DNA of 64,000 bases from Octopus sinensis (taxonomy: Eukaryota). The first letter of the stretch is position 1, and each line of letters opens with the position of its first letter. The DNA lies in contig NC_043014.1 in NCBI RefSeq assembly GCF_006345805.1, forward strand, positions 33,232,001-33,296,000, read 5' to 3'. Shown here piece after piece: positions 23,926 to 38,200 of this stretch. The notes beneath the pieces were generated by a model. It was not told where the DNA came from. It searched no databases and saw nothing but the letters and a program-made list of their open reading frames with translations. The position numbers and the translations under genes were made by a program.

Positions 23926-24834
23926 CACAACAATTTTGGCTGGTTTACATGCTGAAGGGTTAAAGCCACTTTGGTTGATTTGCAGCTCCACACTTATTTC
24001 AAAGTTATGTGGTCTCCTGGTATTTGTTTCTCTCTGTTTATGTTATTATGGTTGGGGGGACACCAGAAAATATTTGCTTCAGTAGCAAGCAAAAGAAAAA
24101 CAAGAAAAAAAAACGAAAAAGAAAAAACAACATGGTTTCAAGGCTAATAAAGCAAGATGGATGTAATACAAAAATAGAAATAATATCACTTTGGAATTTC
24201 ATTTGAAGTAGTTTGAAATTCCATAAATATTTGAATATTTATGGTGGAGACATCACAGCTCTGTGGTTATGAAGCTCGCTTCCCAACCGTGTGGTCTTGG
24301 GTTCAGTTCCACTGCATAGCACTTTACACATGTGCCTTCTACTATGGCACTGGATCTACGAAAGTGCTGTGAATCACTTTGATAGGCAGAAACTGAAAGA
24401 AGACCATTGTATAGTTGTGTGTGTTTGTTTATATATATAGATGCAGGCATGGCTGTGTGGTAAGAAGCTTGCTTACCAAACACATGGTTCTAGGTTCAGT
24501 CCATTTGCATGGCACTTCGGGCGAGTGTCTTCTACTATAACCTCCAAAACCTTGTGAGTGGATTTGATAGATGGAAACTGAAAGAAGCCCATTGTGTCTA
24601 TATATATATATATATACTCCCTAATATTAATATTATATATATATATATACATAATTTATGTGTGTGTCTGTGTTTGTTCCCCAACCACTGCTTGATAACT
24701 GGTGTTGGTGTGTTTGTGCCCCTCCTCCATAACTTAGCAGTTTGGCAAGAGAGACAGAATAAGTCCACATATAAGCAGACATTGGAATATCAGGTTATCG
24801 GTGGTTACTTATGGTGATAATGTTTTTAAAAGAA

Positions 24835-25040
24835 GTCAGTGAGCTGGCAGAATCATTAGCACACTGGGCAAAATGCTTTGTGGTATTTCATCTGCCGTTA
24901 CATTCTGAGGTCAATTCTGCCTTTCATCCTTTCGGGGTCAATTAAATAAGTACCACTGGGGTCGATGTAATCGACTTAATCCCTTTGTCTGTCCTTGTTT
25001 GTCCCCTCTATGTTTAGCCCCTGTGGGTAATAAAGAAATA
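24835..25040 (+). mobile_element. SINE family B with 16-bp target-site duplication
   Basis: AATGTTTTTAAAAGAA at 24819-24834 and 25041-25056. Confidence 0.85.
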
Positions 25041-28000
25041 AATGTTTTTAAAAGAAAGCCAAACATTTAGTTGCAGTTGGTAGTTATCTTTAATGATGGA
25101 TTAACATGCAAGTTTATCTTTAATCCTTTAGCATTCAAATTACTCTGTCGAATATAATGCTTATTTATTCACGTTTTGAATCAATCATGCATTATCTCAT
25201 AACTCTGAGATTTTAATGACAGGATTGATTATTTCAAGAATGACATTGTAGGATAGGTGTGAAAGGCTGTATTTATCAGGTAAGTTTGAACATAAAACAA
25301 ATAAAATATTTGAGCCAGATATGGGCAATTTAAATGTTAAATGATCAGTGGTTCTCAATTGGGGTCCATATAAGATCTTATTGTTAAAATTTATGTGCAA
25401 TAAATCACTTATACTTCTGCAACACTCAAAATATTTTAATGCAATTCCTAATGATATTTAATTATAAAAATACGGTAGGATTTTTTTTATATACATTGAA
25501 TAGCTATGAAGGTTAGGTAGAGTAAAATAGGAATCATAGGGCAAAAACGGTTGAGAATCACTGGGTTAGATGCACCAATATGAATTTGAGTTATTTTATA
25601 ATGGTTTATTAAGGTTATCGGCATGGTCGTAATTTTTTAAAAATAAAAAACAAGTTACTCTGTGTAATGTTTACTGGCTAGTTACAATGTTTGCAATTGC
25701 AGGGCTGGGAGATATGATGAATTTCTACCAATTTTAGTTAGAAAATGTTTAATTTTTACCATCTTTATCGTCTGATTGATAACTTTGATAAAAATGACAA
25801 TTTTTACCAAGTTTATTGTCTCATTGATAATAGTTGTAGGTGTATTCATATGTACAAGAATATTTTGTTGTAATTCAGAAAAGATGTCATATTCTATGGT
25901 GTAATGTTACTACAGAGTGGAAAGTCAAGTTATTCCATCTGCTACATATGGTAGAATATCATGTATCTCTATAGCAAATACTGAAAAAAACGATCTGTGC
26001 TATCTGTTGTTACAAGTAGTGAAAAGCTAAGTTGTAACTTCAGAAAGTCATACTATAACCATTTGTATTCCAGCATGTGTAACACAGGTGGAAAGTTGAA
26101 GTATATTGTCTGTAAGGAAGAGAGAATGTAAAGCTGAGTTGTACCATCTTTACCAGTGGGTAGAGAGTTAGGATGGATGGATCATGGATATCGTCGATAA
26201 TTTTGAGTTGATGTCCAATCTGATGATGTGGCTGTGTGGCGAAAGTTTAGCAGATCACACATGAGACGCTGTTCTGTATTTTGTCACCAAACTTTTTGCT
26301 AAGAGCATCATATTGTTCTGATAACTGTAACAGAGAAAACATATAAGTCAGATACAAAGTGTGGAGTGCGAGCAATTAGTGGTTATATCGGTGCATGTAT
26401 GTTTAATGTTGATATCTGTATCATGTATGTATATTTACAGACTGCATCTGTGTGTACTTAAGTGGTTGAGCATTGGGGCCAATGTTATCAACTAGCACCC
26501 TCCCCAGAAATTATTGGCCTTGTGCCAAAATTTGAAACCGTTATTACTATCTAAAATGAAAAGGAGGGAAGGGGTTGCGGTGGCTTGAGTCGCATGTATT
26601 GAGTGATAGTAAGCTGAGTTGGTATACCGTAAGTCCTCGAGTATGTGTGTATGAGCATAAATAGTTGAGTAAATATATGGATAAACTGTTTTTTACCTCT
26701 ACACACTAGACTGTTAAAAAGCTAAACACCCTGATCTTTATTGTCTTCAGAGAGGATAAATTGGGACTGTGGTATTCATGCCCCTTGTCAGAACAGTATT
26801 AGTGCAAAAGAAATAAATGGCTCTGACTTGGAATTGAACTTGGCCTATACAATCCATTCTCTGGTGTTTAGAATAGATCAATACAATGCAAATAAATATT
26901 TGAAATATTCTTCTCTACTCCAGGCACAGGGCACAAATTTTTTTGGAGGGGGCCAATCAATTAGATCGACCACATTACGCAACTGGTACTTAATTTATCG
27001 ACCCTGAAAGGATGAAAGGTAAAGTTGACCGTGGCGGAATTTGAGCTCAGAACATAAAGACGGACGAAATACCACTAAGCATTTCGCCTGGCGTGCTAAC
27101 GATTCTGCCAGCTCACCACCTTAAATATTTGAAGTATTAAATGTAATTTATATCCTCACCTGCACACACACACACACACACACATATATATGTCTTCTAG
27201 TCCAAGTTTTAGTGGAAGCACATGGCTTAGAGGTTAGGGACTTGGATTCATGACCATAAGATTGTGGTTCCAATTCCTGAACTGGGCGATGTATTGTGTG
27301 CTTGAGCAAAACACTTCATTTTATGTTGCTCCAGTTCAATCAGTGGGCAAAAATGAGTAATCCTGTGACAGACTGGCACCCTATCCAGGCGGGGGATTTA
27401 TATGCCATCAAAACTGGGAAATTGGCCCTTATGAGTCAGCATGACTCAGGATGGTAACTAGACTAAGTTTTGAGTTGTGACTTTACGGTGAGTTCTATCA
27501 TGCAAGTAGCCTAAATCCTGGAACAAAGTGTTTGATATGGTGAGAATAGAAATTTATGAAAAATGGAGTAATAAGTCCATATGATGTATATACAGACATT
27601 GTTGGAATATTAGGTGGTTACTTATGATCATAATATTTCTGTCAAAGAAAACCAAACATTTAGTTGCAGTTGGTGGTTATCTTTAAAGATGGACTAATAT
27701 ACAAGTCTATCTTTAACCCATCATTGTTTTAATACCCCCTTTTCCATGCATGGGTCAGATGGAATTTGATGAGGCGGTTTTTTTCCCTGCCCTTCCTGTA
27801 CCAACCCTTACATACCAAGTAAGACATGACTCGTGCATCATCATCATCATCTGTATATATAAAAGGCAGGATGTGTGTATGTGTATGTGAATGTAATTTA
27901 TGCATGTCCACAAATTAGCATGCATGTCGATCCAATTTTAGGAGGGCATTCATCATGACCCTAGCTGTATTTTTGTCAACTTATTTTCCCCAGATGCACC

Positions 28001-28819
28001 AGTGAATAGCAGTAAAAATAAATTTTCAACTAAAACTTTTAACAATTTTCAAGTTGGTGAAATCACCATTGTTTGCAAACAGGAGTTAAGTCCCCTTCTA
28101 ACGGCAAGTAAGTTTTTGTCAAGACTTTTGTTAATTTTTTCCCATCGAGGAAAAAAGTGTTTTGTTGAATATACATGTAACAGGTAAATAAAAAAAAAAA
28201 TGAAAGTCAGTGAAAAATGTAATTGGATCTGGTTTCTGTTTTTGAAGCAGAAACTAGAAAAAAAGTAAAGTGAGATGGTAATTAGCTCATATAAAGCTAT
28301 GCATCTCCCCTACTGCAAGACACATGTTTCTGTCTCTATCACAGTTTATCACCTGGTACACAGCTACTTCCCTTACTACTATACTCTGTTTAATTGAGGG
28401 ATTTTGTCCTTGCAAGTTATATGGCAACCTCACTAGTGCTGGTGCCACATAAAAAAAGCACCCAATACACTCTGTAAAATGGTTGATGTTAGGAAGAGCA
28501 TCCAGTCAAAGCAGACAGTAGAGTTTGGCTCATATTCTGGCTTGCCAGATCCAGTTAAATTGCCCTAGCTACGCCAGCATGGAAAGTGGACATTAAATGA
28601 CAATGAGGAGGCTAATGATGAAATGTCTAAAACCATTTTACATTGAGCCTTGTAGTAAAGTCATTCATAAATTGATTTGTGGAGTTGTTTCATGTTGCAA
28701 GCATTGAACTGAGGTGGGTCTCTTGCTAAGTTGAATATAGGTACATATACTACGTATATGTTACATATGTATGAGCATATATATATATATGTACCTTTCC
28801 TTCATTGGACACTAAACTC

Positions 28820-29545
28820 TGCTTGCAAAGACCTGTTGAGGCAAGTGAAATCGAAATCAAATTCGATGACTGGCATCCATGCTAATGGAGTGCTAAGAGT
28901 ACCTATTTCTTTACTACCTACAAGGGGCTAAACACAGAGGGGACATACAAGGATAGACAAATGGATTAAGTCGATTACATTGACCCCAGTGCGTAACTGG
29001 TCCTTAATTTATCGACCCTGAAAGGATGAAAGGCAAAGTCGACCTTGGCGGAATTTGCACTCAGAACGCAGCGGCGGCCGAAATACCACAAAGCATTTCG
29101 CCCAGCGTGCTAACGTTTCTGCCAAGAGTACTATACGAGCATGATCATTGCCAGAGCAACAAGCTGGCCTTCGTGCCAGTGGCACGTAAAAAACACCTTT
29201 CGAGCGTGATCGTTACCTGCGTTGCCTTACTGGCACTTGTGCTGGTGGCACGACGTGAAAAAACATACAAGTGAGGTCGTTGCCGGTGCCGCTGGACTGG
29301 CTCCTGTGCAGGTGGCACATAAAAAGTACCATTTGAGTGTGGCCAATACCAGACTGGCCCTCATGCCGGTGGCATGTAAAAGCACCCACTACAGTCTCGG
29401 AGTGGTTGGTGTTAGGAAGGGCATCCAGCTGTAGAAACTCTGCCAGATCAGATTGGAGCCTGGTGCAGCCATCTGGTTCGCCAGACCTCAAACTGTCCAA
29501 CCCATGCTAGCATGGAAAGCAGACGTTAAACGATGATGATGATGT
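28820..29545 (+). mobile_element. Repeat family C (SINE/LINE-tail-like, internal ~60-bp tandem units, (GAT)n tail) interrupted by a family B SINE
   Basis: Matches the reverse complement of 61690-62200; nested SINE 28903-29123 flanked by an AAGAGTAC duplication (28895-28902 and 29124-29131); other copies at 22165-22430, 42830-43072 and 54905-55160. Confidence 0.75.
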
Positions 29546-29805
29546 GTGTGTGTGTGTGTAGTTATATTCTGTTATACTATGTGACTGATGAATTGTCTGA
29601 ATATAGCAGAAAAAATATATTTAAATATTTAATTTGAAAAAGAGAGAGACAGTAAAATCAATAACAGTCACCTAGCAAGTATGAGTGACAGTATAATTGG
29701 TAATAGTTACTTAATTTAATATGAATAGCAGAATAGTCAGTAATAATATTGAGTTACTGAGCAAGTGTTATATGGTGTGAACCTATCAGTGAGCTCGTTT
29801 CTTAC

Positions 29806-29920
29806 TCCTGTCTTAAACTTGTGATTGTTATAACAGCACTTTGTACAGAAAAATATTTAGGTTCTGGTATTGAATTTAATGTTAGATCATGTATTGACAA
29901 AAACAGTTTGGCAAGAAGAG
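29806..29920 (-). CDS. Candidate terminal exon of the kinesin gene (speculative)
   Basis: Acceptor tttattatatag and donor gtaaga; in phase 0 it gives LFLPNCFCQYMI*; no homology support. Confidence 0.25.
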
Positions 29921-31170
29921 CTATATAATAAAGGCAAGGATGGCATGTACAGACCTGCACACAGTATGACAATGATGACATGTACACACACACACACAAC
30001 ATGGTAACGATGATGTACACACATGCGCATACACACATATACTCAGAGCATAGCAAAGCTAACACGCACAACATAGCAAGGATGACATGTGCAGAGATAC
30101 ACAACATAGTAAAGATGTTATGCACAGAGATGCAAACACACACACTCAACATAGCAAGTGTGACATCTACAGACACACACAACACGACATGAAGGTTGTG
30201 ATATTCACTTTAAACAATAAACTGTTTGCTGACAGTTGAAAAAGTAATTGTTATCATTAATCTCTGACTGTAGAACATAAAAGTGTTGGAACTAAGCCCT
30301 GTATTTATCTGAAGTTTCTAAAGTTTCGAACTGGTTTCTATGTAGTTAATAACAATAAATATATTCAACTGCAACAATTTGTGAAGCTAAGACAAGATAT
30401 AATTTCTGAAGAAATGTAAGTGATGAATCTTGCCCTGGATAGAGTGTCAGTGTAAAACTGATATTATTGATTTCAAATTTTGTCACAAGGCCAGCAATTT
30501 TGGGGGAGGGAGTTAGTCGACTACATTGATCCCCGTGTTCAACTGGTGTTTATTTTATTGACCTTGAAAGGATGAAAGGCAAAGATGACCTCAGTAGAAT
30601 TTGAACTCAGAACGTAAAGACGGATGAAATGCTGTGAAGCATTTTGGCCCAGTGTGCAAACAATTCTGCCAGCTCACCCTGCTACCTATGTTCTTAATCC
30701 TTTCTACTATAGACACAAGACCTGAAATTTTGAGGGAGAAGACTAGTCAGTTATATCAATTCCAGTGTTTCACTGGTACTTAATTTATTGGCCCCAAAAG
30801 GATAAAAGCCAAAGCCAACCTCAGTGGAATTTGAACTCGAAATATAGTGACAAGCAAAATACTGTTAAGCACTTCATCTAGCATGCTAACAATTCTGCTA
30901 GCTCACCACATTTTAATAATGATAAATATATTCAACTACAACAATTTGTAAAGTCAAGACATAGTTCCAGAAGAAAAGTAAGAGATGAATCTTTCCCTGG
31001 ACAGAGTGTCAGTGCACCAATGACATTAACAGAAGATTTGATAAATTATTCTAGAGAGCCAGGCAGGATATGGCCAAATAATTGCCTTGATTAGAGATAC
31101 AAAAATATCCCTCGCCATAGTAGATTTGATCTTACAATTAACATTGGTAGTGCTATCTTTATCTATTTAA

Positions 31171-31385
31171 CCCTTTCATTACCAACCCAGCTGAAACTGG
31201 CTCTGTAGTACAAATGTCTTGTTTTCATAAGTTTTGAATTAAAATCTTCCACCAAGCCTTAGTCCCAATTTATGTTCCTAACACTAGCTTAATGATAACT
31301 AAGTTATTTTACTAGATTCTTTGTTATATTTAAAATAATTTAAAGAAACACAGAGCATCTCAAAATAAATACAGTAATGAAAGGG
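31171..31385. mobile_element. piggyBac-like MITE (second family), intact copy
   Basis: TTAA-CCCTTTCATTAC...GTAATGAAAGGG-TTAA. Confidence 0.8.
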
Positions 31386-31754
31386 TTAACCATCAGTTAC
31401 CAATCTTTTTTTCACCACTGACCAGTTTTATGCAAGACAGTTTTTCCATAACTGGAGTATCATGTGATTAACAAAGCACAATAAAGTGCATAATATATGA
31501 TTTAATTATTCCATATGTAATTTCTTATCTTTTACTTGGTTCTGTCGCTTGACTGGTTAGGCTGGAGCACCAGCTTGAACAGATCAACCCCAGGACTTAT
31601 TTTGGTTTTTAAGCCTAGTACTTATTCTATCAGTCTCTTTTTGCCAAACTGCTAAGTTACAGGGACACACCAACACCTGTTGTCAAGTGGTGTTGGTGGA
31701 CAAAACACAGACACAAAGACATGAATACACAAATATATATATACATACATACAT

Positions 31755-31792
<38 letters not shown>

Positions 31793-32088
31793 CATGCTTC
31801 TTTCAGTTTCTGTCTACCTAACCTATTCACACAGCTTTGGCCAGCTCAAGGTGCCATGCAGTGGGAGTGAACTCAGAGCTATGTGATTGAGAAACAAGCT
31901 TCTTACCACACAGCTATGCATTCCCTGCAGACTGCATCAGTCAGTAAGATGGGATTGGAATTAAAGAATTTATTGTTTCTGTGTAACCCAGAACCAAATA
32001 ATCTATGACCTGGTAGTGTTCCACAACCTGGTGGTTAGGGACCCCTACACTTGACCATTTCATCTTGAAGTCAGCTAGAAATGCTTAC

Positions 32089-32262
32089 CTCTGTCTTTGG
32101 TTTCATTTTATCATCGTAGCAAAGATGTGCTACTTTACAATAATCAATCAACCCGTTGCCATTTCCCAGTTCCGACGCTAGTTCTTCTTCATCTTCTCCG
32201 AACACATACAGACTGATGATTTCATTTTTATCTCCCAATGCCGACGTTTCTACATTGCCATC
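32089..32262 (-). CDS. KIF28P: Probable kinesin tail exon
   Basis: Strong acceptor ttttatttccacacag and donor gtaagc; only frame 0 is open: [58 protein letters not shown]. Confidence 0.6.
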
Positions 32263-35200
32263 CTGTGTGGAAATAAAAAATCAATCCAGGTAAATTTCAT
32301 GTAAGTTCCAGGGGTTTAATTTCATCTGATAATATAGCAGGGGTGAGAAAGGGGTGCACCCCAGGAGACACTTGTAGCAGGGTGGCACTTTTGGGCCCAC
32401 TGTATAAACCTGCAGAGGCTTGAGAGAGAGGTGGGGTCTGGACCAGGGGGGGGGGCTACCTAGAGGTAGGAGCTATCTGAAGGTTCTAGCTCTGCCACTA
32501 AATTGATCAGACAATCAATTATTTTCCAGTCTCACCACCTGTGAACTAAAAAGCCAACATAATAACTCTAAATGTAACACAGGCAAGGAGATAGGATCTT
32601 GTGACCTTCTATCACAGGCCAAGATAATTCTTCATCTATTAGCCTATATGGGTTACAAAGGCAATAAAAAATAAACCCATCTTTTCTGACAAAATAATTA
32701 AAAAAATACAATATTTGTAGCATAAATCTATTACTTTCATAGTCACGCAGCATGGAATTTTGTCAGTAAACAGGTCGCGGTCTGAAAGTGACGAAAATAT
32801 TTTGGCAAGTTAAATTTAAATGTTGAAGTGAATCTAATGGACTTTGTGTGTTTCTTAAATGGTTTATAAACACCTTCCATGCTGCAATCGTTTTCGTTCC
32901 AGCACATAATCTCTGATCAGGTCACTTGCTATGCAAGTACATCACTGTAATTTCATAGTATTATTTATAGTGAATGCTTCTGTTAGGAATAAGACAAAAT
33001 AACAATATTATTACAACTAAAAATGCCTTGTACAGTGGAGTACAGCTTCCATTTGGGATGGTGCTACTCCAACACTCACAAGTATCCTGTACAGTGAAGC
33101 ACAAGACCCCTCTGGAATATTTCTGCTACTATAGAAAGGCATCACATGCAGTGAGGTTCATCTTCCATCTGAGAGGGTACAATTGCTGTTTCACATAGAG
33201 ACATCCTAGATGAAATGAAAAAGATTGTATGCCTAATCAAAAAAAGCTCAATCTTCAACACACTTAAACTACTGGCTCACAAATGCCCTGTTTCTTCTCT
33301 CTGTTTTTCTTTCTTCTGTTGCTACAACTAAGGTTATTGCTCTTCTCAACTAGCTCACTATATATTCTTTCCATCCAGGTCCACTAGATATACCTATTTC
33401 TCCTCATAAATCACATTTGAAATAGAATAGGAAAAAAACCCCCAAGAAACCAAAAAATGTAGTCTCATATATATAAAAGGACAAGATGGTCTCAGCTGAG
33501 ATACTTCCATTAAATGACTTTGGATGAAAGATAACAGCTATTTCTATATTTTACCTCCAGATCTTATATTTAAAAAATTCCCCAATCTGTCTTCCCATGA
33601 CCTGTTGCTTTCCAAAATAACCTTTTTGCTGATGTTTTCTTGCAAACTATAACCTAAAAAGGTTCAACCTTAACCCCAACCACATAGGTTTTACTTGGGA
33701 GGGTCAGCTAAAGTTATCGGCACAGTCCATCTGCCAATCATTAACATATTTAGTAAAGAGAAAACAAAATCAAAATATACCTCATTTGATGAAAGATTTG
33801 TTCTAAATTTGGTTCCAGTACTCTTGGCCACAGCAGAAACGGACTGCCAAAACTGAATGAATTGTTGTTCCTCTTCTGGCTTTTGGGACCATTCCAGGCA
33901 AATTTGCTAAGAGTGATATAAAGTATGACATTATATCTATGTGTGTGTGTGTGTGTGTTTAAAGACAATCATTCATACACACATACACACATACATACAT
34001 ACATACATACATACATACATTTGTACATATGTACATAAATACATACATATGGTTCAAAATTGTACAAAAGACAAAAAAAAACAAAAACAAAGGATAGAAG
34101 CAGGTGAAGGAACAACAAACAAACTGTATTAGTTTGAAGCTCAGGGAAAAAGGAAGAGTCTTTAACATTTTGCACCTACGCTCTTCTTCAGAAAAGAATG
34201 AGAAGAGAAAACAGATGGAGAATGCTTGAATGAAAGAACTTGCAAAAGAGGATTTGCAAAATTCAGAAGTGGAGATTTCAGCCTTGAAGATGAAGATTGA
34301 ATAGGACGTCCAGTTGAGTTTGATGATAAGCTCCTTGAGGCCTTACTTGAAGAAAAGCTTGCATTATCAGTTGAGGAATTGGCAATAAAGCTTAGTTCAA
34401 ACCATACAACTGTTCATCGTCATCTTCAACAACTTGGAAAGGTTCCTAAACTTGGAAAATGGGTGCCTCAGGAATTGTCTAAAAGCAACCGCAAATCCCT
34501 AGTTGACATCTGCTCTTCTTTCCATTCTCACAAACTCATTTCACCCTTTTTGGATAGACTTGTGACTGGTGATGAAAATGGATCTTCTATCGAAATGTTA
34601 AACGTCGTAAACAGTGGCTTGGTAAAAGGGAAAAAGTTCAACCACAACCGAGAAGGGAACTTCATGGGAAAAATGTTCTTCTCTCTATCTGGTGGGATTG
34701 CAAAGGAGTAATTCACTTTGAATTGTTACCACCTAATGCCAGCAATTAGAGTGTTTGAACCAAGCTTTGAAGAAAAAAAGATCTGCTTTAATGAATCAAA
34801 AAGGAGTGATGTTTCATCAGGACAATGCACAACCCCACACTGCAAAGATCACATCACAGAAGATCAAAGAGCTTGGTTAGGAAAAATTCCTCATCCATCT
34901 TATTCTCCCAACCTTGCTCCTTCAGACTACCATTTATTTCATAGTTTACAGAATCATTTGGGGGATATAACTTCTGCAAGCCAGTGGGAGGTCGAAACTG
35001 ACATTTCAGAGTTCTTCGCTTTGAAACCAAAAGAGTTTTACACTGATGGGATTAAAAAGCTTGTAAATAGATGGAAGGAAGTCATAGATAATCAGAGAAA
35101 GTACATTGATGATTAAATTTCAATTAAATATAACATTTGATCACTTATTTTCTTTATTCAAAATTCAGACAGAACTTATGGGACGACCTGATATATATGG

Positions 35201-38200
35201 AAGGGGTAGACTCAGGAAGACATGGGATGCAGTGGTGAGAAAGGATCGTTGGGTCTCACAGAGGGAATGACAGGGGTAAAGATGACCTTGGTGGAAGAAT
35301 AATAATAATGATAATTATTTCAAATTTCTGCCACAAGGGCAGCTTGGGGGAGGTGGGGATGAGTTGATTACATTGACCTCAGTGTTCAACTGGCACTTAT
35401 TTTATTGATCCTGAAAGGATGAAAGGCAAAATCGACCTCGACGGAATAATAATAATAATATTAATGATGATGATGATGATAGTGATAATGATAAATACAA
35501 AAGTGAAATGTTTACCTGTATTCGTCTTTCTTTCTGTGCCAGCCGTTCATTCTTTTTCTGAAGAAGGAGAAGTTCTGTCTTTAAATGCTGTTGTTGGTTA
35601 TTAACTGTGATTGAACTGTTTTTTCGTTTCAACATATCTTTTGATTTTGCTTTCTTTAACTCCTAAAAAATACAGTCAAATTGTTGATGCAGGAATAAAA
35701 CTTTGAAAGAATAAGTAAAAAAACAACAACACATTCATTTTTATCTGAAATGGTGAAATAACATATGTCCAGTCTCTTCACAGTTACAGACTTATTCAAA
35801 CCAGCATTTGTATGCATGTTATATAAATATAATAATATGATATAATGTAGTATAATATAATATTGGCATGTAAAAAGCACCAACCGATCATGGCCGTTGC
35901 CAGCCTCCCCTGGCACATAAAAGGCACCCACTATACTCACGGAGTGGTTGGCATTAGGAAGTAGAAACACTGCCTCCTGGCTTCCCAGATCCCGGTTGAA
36001 CCGTCCAACCCATGCTAGCATGGAAAACGGGCATTAAACGATGATGTTGATATATATATATATATAAATATATATATATATAATACATAATGTTCCCTAG
36101 CAAACAGTTAATACAAGGGAGATAATCATTTCTTCATAGTAGTTGGTGAGATTAGAAGTAAGTTGAATTTGAAATTAAGGAATAAAGAAGATGCATGTTA
36201 ATTTTTTTGTTTACTTATTATGAAGTTGTTAAAGTTTCCAGTCAGTGGTAAACAAGAATAGCACTATTTCATTCATTTTAGAAATCATCAGCATGACATA
36301 ACCCAATGTAAGTAAACTAAACCTTTTATGACTTTATATACATGCTACACATATACTGGGAGACCTTCTTGTTAGTTATGGAGCAAGAGTGAGGAGTTAA
36401 GCTGGAAGCCAAGTGGAGGAGATGGGTAGCAATTTGGCCTCCTCTGCCAACACACAGATAAGAGGATGTTATAATTCAGGGTTAATACACTCAACAATGA
36501 TCATTGGATACTGTCTGATGACATTAATTTTTTCTGGTCAAAGCTACACTCTCCAAAAGAAAAAGAAAATAAAGCATCTTATAGATGCAATCAATATCAC
36601 AATACACATGTATACATGTATACATATATACATGTTTTGTATTTCATACCCAAACTGTTATATTTAATATATATAATTTGTTTATCCACAGAATTGTCTC
36701 TATATCTGCTCAACTTGATCCCTCTTGTAGCCATTCTTTACCCTGTGGAATTGATCCACTGTAAAGACATTGGAGTCTAAGTTTGAATCATTTCATCTCT
36801 ACTAAGTGTCTTCTATACTGAGAATCTCTGGATGTCATCTGTGGACCACACACACACACACACACATATTGATAGATAGATAGAAAATTATTTGCAGGCT
36901 CCAGGCTCCAATGGCCAATCTTTACAATGCAGCTTACAAATGCTTTGGGATGCAGGTAAACATATTAAAGACCAAGACACTGATCCAACCTGCACCAGGT
37001 CAGAACAGTCCACCCACAAACATTAGCATCAATGGCCAACCCCTAGAAGAAGTTGAACACTTCACATACCTTGGTAGTATCCTTTCAAAGAACTCCACAT
37101 GTGAAAGGGAGAACCGGATTGGGGCAGCCCATTCTGCCTTCAGCAAACGTGTATTCTTCAATCGCGCACTGACCATCCACACAAAGATCATGGTCTTCCA
37201 TGCCATTGTCCTGTCAACTCTACTCTATGCTTGTGAGACTTGGACATTGTACCGCCATGACTTCAAGCACCTTGAATGCTTCCAGTAATCAAAGCTATGA
37301 CAGATCCTCAACAAGGTTCTTCGCCATGCCTCACCACCAAGTGTCGAAGCCACCATTCTACACTATCGTCTCTACTGGGCAGGTCACATCCATCATATGG
37401 AGCCCTCTTGTTCCCTAAGGATCATGCTCTATGGAGAATTTGCAATCGGAACAAGACCCAGAGGAGGTCCGAATTCCATTTTAAAGACCAGCTCAAATGG
37501 ACCTTGGCTCAAGCTAACATCCAGCCATCCTCATAGGAACAGATTGCCATGGAGAGGAGAGCCTGGAGGACTGCTATCCACAATGGAGCCAGCTCCTTCA
37601 AGCAGAACAGACAACAGAATGAGGAGGCAAAATGCAGGAGAAGAAAGGAGCATCTTTAACATCCTCCACCTGCACTGACCATCCTGTGCAAGTTCTGCCC
37701 ACAGCTCTTTCACCACCAACTTGGACTCCAAAGTCATTTTCAGCACAAACATCAACTGAAGAGACTGGATTGAAACTGAGGAACCCAAAGCTTGAATACG
37801 AGTTGGAGCTGACCATATATATTAGCTTAAAAGCTGCCCGATAGGGTAGCTTTAAGCTAGTATGTAGCTTTTAAGCAACTGACCCTGAATGGGAAGATCT
37901 ACAAACAGATCTCTGACTTGTTTTGGAGAATTTGTTGCAATTACTTCCTCCAGAGTCATATCCCAATGATGATCATATTTGGCGCTAAAAATCATGCATA
38001 AAAAATAGCCAAAAACAATCACAGTAATGAAAAAACAGGAATCCAAAATTTCAGGATTGCAAGTCCAGATTCAGCCCAGAATGTTTTTAATTTATTCACA
38101 GAGTCAACCTGATTCCAAAATGGTATGATATGTTAGGCTATGGCCTCTAGGAGTAAAGTTGAAAATGTATGACACACTGACATTCACATTTATTATATTA

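Noticed and set aside
33280-33393. Possible extra kinesin exon
   Set aside because: Poor polypyrimidine tract and stop codons in all three frames
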